Origin: a virus
Taxonomy: Duplodnaviria > Caudoviricetes
IMG/VR virus record: IMGVR_UViG_3300020045_007863
Coordinates: 1 to 48,495 of that record
Strand: one strand, 5' to 3'
DNA length: 48,495 nt
Positions 26,659-33,747 of this stretch are shown here, piece after piece. The position numbers and the translations under genes were made by a program. Under the pieces are notes generated by a model. That model was given only the letters and a program-made list of their open reading frames with translations. It was not told the origin of the DNA and ran no database searches. How positions within the stretch are numbered: position 1 is the stretch's first letter; each line of letters begins with the position of its first letter.

Positions 26659-26859
26659 ATGGAAAAGTTTATTAAAAGTGACGGAAGTGTGGAAGTGGTG
26701 GTCTGCCCAATTCACGACGACATACACTATTGCAAATACAAAATAAGAGATGCGTGTAAGTGTGTTTGTACTTGTCTGCCCCCACATCGTCACCACAGCA
26801 AACACTCGTATACACCCCATTATGGAGCTTTATGTTCAACTCATGGGAAGTATTTTTGA
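26659..26859 (+). CDS. Cys/His-rich small protein
   Basis: CPIH..C..CKCVCTC..HRHH..CSTH. Confidence 0.45.
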   Translation: MEKFIKSDGSVEVVVCPIHDDIHYCKYKIRDACKCVCTCLPPHRHHSKHSYTPHYGALCSTHGKYF

Positions 26860-27283
26860 CACTTGGACTATTGTTCACAAGCCGTATTAAGTAATCCCTA
26901 ACCCCCCATAAAGATATATGAAAGAAGCAATCAAAATACTCGAAAAGAAGTTACTAGAGTTACGCGACCCGCGTACCGATACCTCCCACTCTCACGCATG
27001 GTTTAACTGCGTAGTGTGTGTAGAGGACTACAACGTCCGCCATGGGTTTGAGGAGGCTATTAAGCTACTACAACAACATGAAATATAAAACATTTAAAAC
27101 CATGTGCTTAAAGTGCGACAAGAAGCTAGATATTCACTGCTTTAACGTCCACATAGCCGAACATTCCTTTGCTCTCTGTCCCGAGCATACCGAGGCGTTT
27201 GTGAAGTACACTAAGAAGTTTGTAAATAATAATCTTGTATGAAATAGGTAGATATTACATGTTATCCTAGTATATAGTGAAGT

Positions 27284-27431
27284 ATGTGTTCGGGGGGAGT
27301 TGGGCTAAGTCCGACCAGAGTGTACACTTTGAGTCGGTGTATAACGCCCTTATGTGTGAGTGTGATGACGAATCGCCTCATGAGTTGCTACCCTGCTATA
27401 GCGGGACTGCAGACCTTCCCCGAACCCACAT
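27284..27431 (+). ncRNA. Candidate multi-branch structured ncRNA
   Basis: Closing stem ATGTG-TTCGGGGGG/CTTCCCCGAA-CACAT enclosing three hairpins; TAGTAT -10-like box upstream; terminator downstream. Confidence 0.5.
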
Positions 27432-27500
27432 TTCTCCCCTATATAGGGTGTGGTGCGGTTGCACAATTATTTCATATTGGGTAAGCAGAAACCTATAAAT

Positions 27501-27526
27501 AAAAAGCCCCTTCGAAAGAGGCTTTT
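27501..27526. terminator. Bidirectional intrinsic terminator
   Basis: AAAAAGCCCCTTCGAAAGAGGCTTTT between convergent blocks. Confidence 0.75.
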
Positions 27527-27965
27527 ACCCAACAAACCCTGGGGAGAAGCAGTAGAACGACACACTGCCGTCATCGTTCACCTTGTACCACGCGAGTGCG
27601 TTGGGGAATGGATTTACCCCACCCTTAAAAGTATCGCGCAGTTTTCGTGGTTCAATAGCGTGCCATGTACCCTGTACAAGCACTTCGTAGACACCTTTCA
27701 CCGTGCGCCACTCATCATCGTTGAGTATGTACCCATCCGATGCGTCACAGCAGGATATAGACGGGTATCCTCGCGCCATGTCACCGACAGAGTATTGGTT
27801 TTTAAACCACTCCTTGTTAGGTGTCCCCTCGGGGTGACTGAACGCATACGATGCCCCTGCGATAATGAACAGCAGCATCAACACGCAGTACCACACAAGG
27901 AAGCGCGGCGGGTGTGTTTCTTCCTCGGGTTCGTAGCTTCCCGCGTCATTCCATGGATTTTTCAT
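27525..27965 (-). CDS. Exported Cys-containing protein
   Basis: TM/signal FLVWYCVLMLLFIIAGASYA; EWF..SCCDASD..EWR..YEVLVQGTW..NP..ALAWY..YCFSPG. Confidence 0.65.
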   Translation of the reverse strand: MKNPWNDAGSYEPEEETHPPRFLVWYCVLMLLFIIAGASYAFSHPEGTPNKEWFKNQYSVGDMARGYPSISCCDASDGYILNDDEWRTVKGVYEVLVQGTWHAIEPRKLRDTFKGGVNPFPNALAWYKVNDDGSVSFYCFSPGFVG

Positions 27966-28162
27966 GTCACCACATCCCAACTTTTCGTGTCGTGGTTGAA
28001 GCCGTTGTTTCCGACGCGAATACTTGTGCGGATAAGTGTATATTGCTGCGTTGCCGCTCGGTAGCAGCTTGCAGTGCAACACACCTCACCAAGTATTTTT
28101 AACTTCGCTGCGTCGGGGTCAACTTTGAACTTCCGACAGTAACACAAGACTTTTTCGGTCAT
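27962..28162 (-). CDS. Small Cys-rich protein
   Basis: MTEKVLCYC..CCTASC; GGAGA upstream; ATGA-coupled. Confidence 0.5.
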   Translation of the reverse strand: MTEKVLCYCRKFKVDPDAAKLKILGEVCCTASCYRAATQQYTLIRTSIRVGNNGFNHDTKSWDVVT

Positions 28163-28422
28163 GGGGTTGTCTCCGTGTGTTGTTGGCGGCAAAGATGCGT
28201 GCAGTACCACAGTCTGTGGCCGGTCGCAGTCGTTCGCTCCACCATCGCGTTGAGCTTCCGGTGACACGTTCCATTTTTACAACGAAACGCATCGGGCGGT
28301 GGCGGTCGTTTGTGGGGGATATTTCTTTCTACCCACTCACGATGGTAAAAGGGATTTTTTTTGTTCCAACCCCTCATATATTCCCGCGTCTTGACGCGTT
28401 GTTCCTCGTTGGTGGTACTCAT
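28159..28422 (-). CDS. Small Zn-finger-like protein
   Basis: REYMRGWNKKN; CKNGTC..YCTHLC; GGAGG SD. Confidence 0.55.
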   Translation of the reverse strand: MSTTNEEQRVKTREYMRGWNKKNPFYHREWVERNIPHKRPPPPDAFRCKNGTCHRKLNAMVERTTATGHRLWYCTHLCRQQHTETTP

Positions 28423-28601
28423 TGACTCCCTCCCACCTTGAGTACAGGTCGCGTGGCCACGGCAAACTGGGAATAGCAGTTTTTATGGTACTGCTTCCTC
28501 GGTTGTCGTGTGCTGTAGATAACTTTCTCTCCATTGAGGGGCTTGTTGCAGCCGTCACAATAGATAGTTTTCTCTCGAACATACTTTCCTCCATCAGGCA
28601 T
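28419..28601 (-). CDS. Small Zn-finger-like protein
   Basis: CDGC..YHKNCY; GGAGG SD. Confidence 0.5.
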   Translation of the reverse strand: MPDGGKYVREKTIYCDGCNKPLNGEKVIYSTRQPRKQYHKNCYSQFAVATRPVLKVGGSQ

Positions 28602-28660
28602 TGTATTCCTCCACGAGTTGTCGCAAGTAGATACGCCACATACGGCGGTACTTTTTCATG

Positions 28661-28861
28661 TTACCCCCCGTAGATATAATAGTTGGGTGACACCACCTCG
28701 GTTGCCTTTTTTGTCACGTCAACACCGTGGTTAGCCCCCATCCACTTTTCACGGTGGTTTTTGTTAGAAAACCAAAACACATCTTTCGTCACGATAACGT
28801 AGTGGTAACACCCGTAGCGGTGACGTTCACCACAGCCACAATCACAAAGACTTCTGTCCAC
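28661..28861 (-). CDS. Small Cys/His protein
   Basis: CDCGC; AAGGAGG SD before the GTG start. Confidence 0.55.
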   Translation of the reverse strand: MDRSLCDCGCGERHRYGCYHYVIVTKDVFWFSNKNHREKWMGANHGVDVTKKATEVVSPNYYIYGG

Positions 28862-28887
28862 TGGTTCCTCCTTACAAAGTGCTTAAC

Positions 28888-29171
28888 TAGCTTTAATAAT
28901 AGCACAAAAGAAAACGCCACGAGGCTATTAAGCTTTAGCGCGACGTTTCCCTACAATAATGCTGGTGCAAATTGTTTTAATCGAACAAACGGCTCCCGCC
29001 TTACAATGGTAGCCACTGATAGCACTAGCTTTTAGTATAGCACAAATTCCATCTCTTTATCAGTCATTTCTCTTATGTCACCGCAGATACACTGGAGTCC
29101 GTTGGAAACTCCGTCACGATATTCTATTGTGTGTATGTGTTCGTGTCCCATAGCTTTAATAATAACACAAA
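28888..29171 (-). repeat. Three 21-bp promoter-like repeats (28888, 29026, 29151)
   Basis: Minus strand TTTGTGCTATTATTAAAGCTA / TTTGTGCTATACTAAAAGCTA / TTTGTGTTATTATTAAAGCTA, each containing an extended -10 TGnTAnnnT. Confidence 0.75.
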
Positions 29172-29390
29172 CCCCAGCGGGTAAAGGCTGGGGCGGGGAT
29201 AGTTATATTTAGTCCTTACCCACTACAGTGATAGGTCTGGGATTTCTCCTCAAGTGTTTACATGTTGCCATGATTGTAAGGACTAGAGCGTGTTCATACC
29301 CTTTTTAGTTGGTATCTGGTTCCCCAACGGTTGACGCTCACAGAGCCGTTCAGGTAGAGACGCTCCGTATCACCACCACGTCTCAATGAG
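29172..29390 (-). ncRNA. Candidate structured RNA with an enclosed 20-codon ORF
   Basis: Four inverted repeats; TGGTAGAAT extended -10 upstream; terminator-like hairpin at 29172-29193. Confidence 0.4.
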
Positions 29391-29402
29391 ATTATTCTAC
29401 CA

Positions 29403-29429
29403 CAAAAGCCGCTGTACAAGCGGCTTTTG
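29403..29429. terminator. Intrinsic terminator ending the late/lysis operon
   Basis: CAAAAGCCGC-TGTACAA-GCGGCTTTTG. Confidence 0.85.
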
Positions 29430-29495
29430 TAGTTCATTGTGCCCTCACAAGCCGATTACGGGCTTATAAGTTTGTGACGCAAACAAGGCTTTCGA

Positions 29496-29882
29496 CTAGC
29501 CACTGTTTGCGCCGAAGAGTTTTTTATAGCACGACCACATAGACTGCTTACCTTTCTTAAATTGTTGTGCCGCCCATTGTATATTAAACATAGGGTCGAG
29601 CATTTGCTCTCTGGTTAAGTAGGGATGATATGTTTCGTTAATTTGGAATACCCCGAAAGACGTTGGCTTTCCTTGTACTAAGTCCCCTTTAGCATCCGCA
29701 CGCAGTCCGCTTTCACATCGTGCCGTTTCCAAGAACTCATGTCCGTAAATTCCATAATGGATAGCGGTTGCCAAGATAATATGCTCCGCTGTGGAAGAAG
29801 CGTAAATAGGAGTCTCCAGTTGTGAGGCTAGTGCTTGGTTAGGGGAACCAAACAACGCAAAAAAAATTAAGACTGTTTGCAT
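29496..29882 (-). CDS. Exported lysozyme-like / lytic transglycosylase
   Basis: Signal-like N-terminus; ARCESG, SFGVFQIN, LDPMFNIQWA, WSC. Confidence 0.8.
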   Translation of the reverse strand: MQTVLIFFALFGSPNQALASQLETPIYASSTAEHIILATAIHYGIYGHEFLETARCESGLRADAKGDLVQGKPTSFGVFQINETYHPYLTREQMLDPMFNIQWAAQQFKKGKQSMWSCYKKLFGANSG

Positions 29883-29900
29883 GGTTGGGGCGCACCAGCA

Positions 29901-30146
29901 CTACCGATAGATTGCCGCTATAACCTTACGAACTGCGCCCCACAAAGCCTCTGCTCCTTGCCATGTGGCATATCCCACACTCACAATAACAGGGATTTGC
30001 TCAAGCGTTGTGTCTGCACCTGTTGTTTGCATAAATCCAAAAGAAACAAGAAGTCCCACAACAACCTTAGCTATAGCACTTACTGTTAAACTCAACTCTT
30101 GTGGATTAACTGACGAAGATAGCACACCAAATTTTCTTTCTTCCAT
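29901..30146 (-). CDS. Putative holin
   Basis: SSVNPQELSLTV then two hydrophobic helices and a basic C-terminus; lies between muralytic genes. Confidence 0.6.
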   Translation of the reverse strand: MEERKFGVLSSSVNPQELSLTVSAIAKVVVGLLVSFGFMQTTGADTTLEQIPVIVSVGYATWQGAEALWGAVRKVIAAIYR

Positions 30147-30196
30147 GCCTATAAGTATACACCTCACGCAAAACACACACTAGGGGGTGTGGACAA

Positions 30197-31663
30197 TTAT
30201 TTCAACCGATAAAAGAAAGTGGGGAAGCCAAGTTTTTTACCAAAGTACGCGTCCCATGTTTTGCGGTCTAGGTGGTCTTGGAATAAGCCGTTAGCGCTGT
30301 TGTTACTGATGATACTTTGTTTGCCACAGATACCGATATGCCCATGTGCTGCGCCTTTGGTAGACATACCTGTAGGCGAAATTATGATGTCGCCAAATTC
30401 GGGTGTGTCTATTCGTGTCGCGTACTTAGCAAGCCAGCGGTTAAAGTCGGTGGTGCTCAAAAATCCTTTTGCGGGGAAGTCTGCCACAGCAACTTTCTTA
30501 AGAACGTACGACACACTTTCCGCGCAGCCTAGCTCATTTTGAGTAGCCGCTATATCCTTATTAAGGCACTTTTTAGCGTAGTCGTAGACTTTCTCTCGGG
30601 TAGTGGGTTGCGGGGCTACAGGCTCAATTTTGGGCGTTTGGGCGGGCTTCCAATCAGGGGACAGGATGGTGGGTCGGGGTGGTGGCAGGGGTTCGTGGAT
30701 AAATAGCTGGCGTTTGATGGCTTTAATCAGCGTAAGCCACCACGGTTGCTGTCCTATACCTCGCACGCGGTTCATAAAAAGGTCAAGGAATTTGGCAAAA
30801 AATTTAAGCAATCCGTTTTTCGCCAACTCGTTAAAGACGCTCACTTGTATAGCCAGCTCTTCGGCGGTAGCTTCGGCAGTGATTTTCAAAATATACCCCC
30901 ACTCGTAAAAGTCATAGTCGGGGGCGAGTGTTTTAGTAAAATCTCCTTTTATCTGCACACCCTCGTCGGTAAAATCGTAGTAGCTGTCTCGGGCTATAAA
31001 CTTCGGAAGCTTGTAGAGTAGGAACGCATGAATATAGTCGCCCTCATGGCGCAGATACACACCGTTTACAGGTTTATCCCATGCGTGCGCAGCTACACCT
31101 ATCATTTCGTCTTTTAGCAGGTCTGCAAAGTGGTCTCGGTGTACTTTTTCGTATCGAATAGAAAAGCGGCGGGCAAACTCACGACCAAGGTCTTTCATCT
31201 CCTGCGTGATTTTGGAAAGCTCATGATAGTCCTCCCAAAGCATCCAATCCTCTTTAGGGAGCATAGACTTCGGGATAACGCCATCACGATGTACGGAGTC
31301 ATAAGGGGCTTTGAGAGAGTTACCTCTTTTAGTACTTCCCGAAAGGATTGCGGAAAATCTGTCACTCAACGCTATTTTGCCGTCAAGGATGTAGCCCTTA
31401 TCTCGCAGCCACTGCTTATTCTCCGGCTTCATGCCGTGGAGGTAGTGGTAGTTTAAGAGGGCTTCCAACTGCTCAACTGGTCCGTTGCGTGTCGCACAAT
31501 CTACAAAGTCTGCACGGTTGCTAAACTGCACCTCACCTTGAGGGAAGTAGGCATCACGTTCCTCGGGGGGGATAGAGACGATACCCGGCTGGGATAGCGC
31601 ACCAAAAATATAGTCGTCTCCGGACTCCTCTCTTTTCTGTTTCTCGATGTCGAAGGTCTGCAT
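30197..31663 (-). CDS. Two-domain endolysin-like protein: papain-like peptidase plus NlpC/P60/CHAP-like amidase
   Basis: Q..DCAT, LSDRF..SG..GNS, HAFLLY, RDSY; Pro-rich linker; LGCAESVS..GDIIISPT..HGHIGI..ISNNS. Confidence 0.7.
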   Translation of the reverse strand: MQTFDIEKQKREESGDDYIFGALSQPGIVSIPPEERDAYFPQGEVQFSNRADFVDCATRNGPVEQLEALLNYHYLHGMKPENKQWLRDKGYILDGKIALSDRFSAILSGSTKRGNSLKAPYDSVHRDGVIPKSMLPKEDWMLWEDYHELSKITQEMKDLGREFARRFSIRYEKVHRDHFADLLKDEMIGVAAHAWDKPVNGVYLRHEGDYIHAFLLYKLPKFIARDSYYDFTDEGVQIKGDFTKTLAPDYDFYEWGYILKITAEATAEELAIQVSVFNELAKNGLLKFFAKFLDLFMNRVRGIGQQPWWLTLIKAIKRQLFIHEPLPPPRPTILSPDWKPAQTPKIEPVAPQPTTREKVYDYAKKCLNKDIAATQNELGCAESVSYVLKKVAVADFPAKGFLSTTDFNRWLAKYATRIDTPEFGDIIISPTGMSTKGAAHGHIGICGKQSIISNNSANGLFQDHLDRKTWDAYFGKKLGFPTFFYRLK

Positions 31664-31664
31664 T

Positions 31665-31895
31665 TTATTTTCCTACAACGCCCTTAATTGCCGCCCACGC
31701 AGCAGCAAGCGCACCGATGCCAAGAATACCCTTAAACAGAAATGCGAAGTTAGATTTTGTCTCCATAAGCGCTTCAACTTTTGTTATAAACCCCTCAACC
31801 CTCTCACGGTCGAGTCGATGCTCCGAAACATGTTCGTCGAATTTAGCCGACAACAGGTCAATTTTCTTACAAACGGTAACGTCTTCTTCACTCAT
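31665..31895 (-). CDS. Small membrane protein (coiled coil plus C-terminal TM), lysis module
   Basis: FLFKGILGIGALAAAWAAI. Confidence 0.6.
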   Translation of the reverse strand: MSEEDVTVCKKIDLLSAKFDEHVSEHRLDRERVEGFITKVEALMETKSNFAFLFKGILGIGALAAAWAAIKGVVGK

Positions 31896-31901
31896 AGTAT
31901 T

Positions 31902-32093
31902 TCATCCGACAAACTCCTCCACGTCCTCGGGCTTCATTTTAGCTGTCGCCGCTTCGATAAGACTGTGCAATCTTCTTTCCTCTTGCAATAATTCCATAAG
32001 ATTTATGGTTATAGGCCACGGAAATAGTCCCCACTTGTAGGTGATGTTGCCATCTCCATCCACGCTTACTATTTGGTCGGGGTGTTTCAGCAT
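31902..32093 (-). CDS. Hypothetical protein
   Basis: Start MLKHPDQ inferred after the upstream stop. Confidence 0.5.
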   Translation of the reverse strand: MLKHPDQIVSVDGDGNITYKWGLFPWPITINLMELLQEERRLHSLIEAATAKMKPEDVEEFVG

Positions 32094-32100
32094 AGGTTTA

Positions 32101-32403
32101 TTAAACAGGGATTTCCTCGATGGGGGGTTCCTCCTCTGGGGCTTCTTCCTTGATGATGCCAAGCTCTTTTGCTTTGACGATAAGCACGTCGATTTCTGCG
32201 ATGCTATTGGCAATCTCGTCAATTCTTCCTGCGCTTTCTGCTTCAATCTGCATGAGGCGATTGTCACGTTCCGCAATGAGCCGTTTCAAATCTTCTGCTA
32301 ACTGCCAGCGTTTTGCACTCAATTCTGATACTGGGTGCACTACTGCGGTAACGGTAACTTCCTCTAATTGCCCGTCTGCATTTTTTCTATATTCTTTATC
32401 CAT
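32101..32403 (-). CDS. Coiled-coil protein with acidic tail
   Basis: 100-aa ORF in the late operon. Confidence 0.65.
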   Translation of the reverse strand: MDKEYRKNADGQLEEVTVTAVVHPVSELSAKRWQLAEDLKRLIAERDNRLMQIEAESAGRIDEIANSIAEIDVLIVKAKELGIIKEEAPEEEPPIEEIPV

Positions 32404-32420
32404 ACGTTTATAATTATCTG

Positions 32421-33746
32421 TTAAAAAAAGAACTCCGATTGTCTTGTTACCGTCTCTCCTGCTGGCGGTGGTGCCACAGGTAAGTCAGCAATAATGTCGT
32501 AATACTCGTCATCGTCTCTCGGTGTGGTTTCGTACGACCACCATGCACCAACTTTGTATATCGAAGCACCACTGGTCGTAAGCTCACGGATGTCGTCCGC
32601 ATTGTCGTTAATCGCCGCACTCTCGGCACTCCACGTTGTTCCACCGTCTGTGGAGGTTTTGTAGTAGACATTCCCCGTGCCGAGAGTGCCGATGGTTGTC
32701 CTTTTACTATAAACCGCGTACCAAGTGGTAGCCCCTGCGGTAGAGGTGTCTACCGCTACTTTAGCACCAGTTACGCCACCTGCATCGTCTGTCAGTATGT
32801 TCGTTTTGGAAACCCAGCCTGTAGAGGAGGCGTAGGTGTAGAAGTCTATGTCATGGTCGGCAACCGTATATTCGTCAGTGTCGTTGGAGAAGGTAAGACC
32901 AGCAATTCCTGTGGTGGTCGCAACGGTCGCGCCAATAATCATACCGTCATAGGTAAGGTTGTCTTCTACAGAGGACTCTACCTGCTGACTATCGGCAGTA
33001 AACCACCACGAAGATGATGTCGCAGAGTATTGGTTGTAGTCAATGGTGTCTGCCGAGATATCCCAATACACGAGTGCGATGTTGTTCGTGCCTCCCACGG
33101 GAAAGAGGAGTGGTCTGTCGTCTCCTAAATCAGCCGCGCTTGCGGTGACATATCCCCCCGCAATTTCCGACCAGTTAGCTCCCGTCGTACAGGTGGTAGA
33201 GCACCTTTCCACCCATGAGTCTTGCCCGTCTGCGGCGGTTGCGTACAACACACCATTTTCTGCCATAGTTATAGCGGTGAAGCAAGAAGCGAGAAGACAG
33301 CTTGCCGACTGTGCTGTCATCGTAACCGTAGTGGAGAGCGAACCGTCATTCAAATCAAGCTGTGTGTAGTGCATGATGTCGGAGCTACTGTCGGTAGTAA
33401 CGATATGTATATACCGTGTAGAGGTGGTCGCTGTCCATCCCTCCCACCAGATGGCATAGTGTTGTACATCAGTTGTATTTATACTGTCTATGCTATTTCT
33501 AACAGACCATGTCGCCCCGCCGTCTGTGGTGGATGCCATTTCTAGGTCTTGCTCTGCGCCTGTATAAAATACATAGCCATTGCTATCGCTCGTCCACACG
33601 GCATTATTGCCAGAGTTAGTTCTTCCCGCCGCATTTGTAGCTACTGTGGTGTCCACTGCTACTTCTGCGGCAAAGACGGTTTGCACAAGCCAAAACGAGA
33701 GGACAAGAAGTATTGCGGCAGTAGTGCATATGAGTACTTTCTTCAT
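32421..33746 (-). CDS. Exported BNR/Asp-box beta-propeller protein
   Basis: Signal peptide MKKVLICTTAAILLVLSFWLVQTVFA; STTDGGATW and STDGGTTW Asp-boxes. Confidence 0.8.
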   Translation of the reverse strand: MKKVLICTTAAILLVLSFWLVQTVFAAEVAVDTTVATNAAGRTNSGNNAVWTSDSNGYVFYTGAEQDLEMASTTDGGATWSVRNSIDSINTTDVQHYAIWWEGWTATTSTRYIHIVTTDSSSDIMHYTQLDLNDGSLSTTVTMTAQSASCLLASCFTAITMAENGVLYATAADGQDSWVERCSTTCTTGANWSEIAGGYVTASAADLGDDRPLLFPVGGTNNIALVYWDISADTIDYNQYSATSSSWWFTADSQQVESSVEDNLTYDGMIIGATVATTTGIAGLTFSNDTDEYTVADHDIDFYTYASSTGWVSKTNILTDDAGGVTGAKVAVDTSTAGATTWYAVYSKRTTIGTLGTGNVYYKTSTDGGTTWSAESAAINDNADDIRELTTSGASIYKVGAWWSYETTPRDDDEYYDIIADLPVAPPPAGETVTRQSEFFF

Positions 33747-33747
33747 A

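Noticed and set aside
27277-27498. ORFs 27277..27498 and 27284..27484 as proteins; tRNA or tmRNA identity for this region
   Set aside because: The ORFs have no protein-like features and overlap strong base-pairing; no T-loop GTTCRA, CCA end or tag reading frame was recognised.
28888-29171. Mini-CRISPR array
   Set aside because: The repeats are degenerate and promoter-like, the gaps exceed 100 bp, and there is no cas operon; the Cas4-like nuclease is a common stand-alone phage gene.
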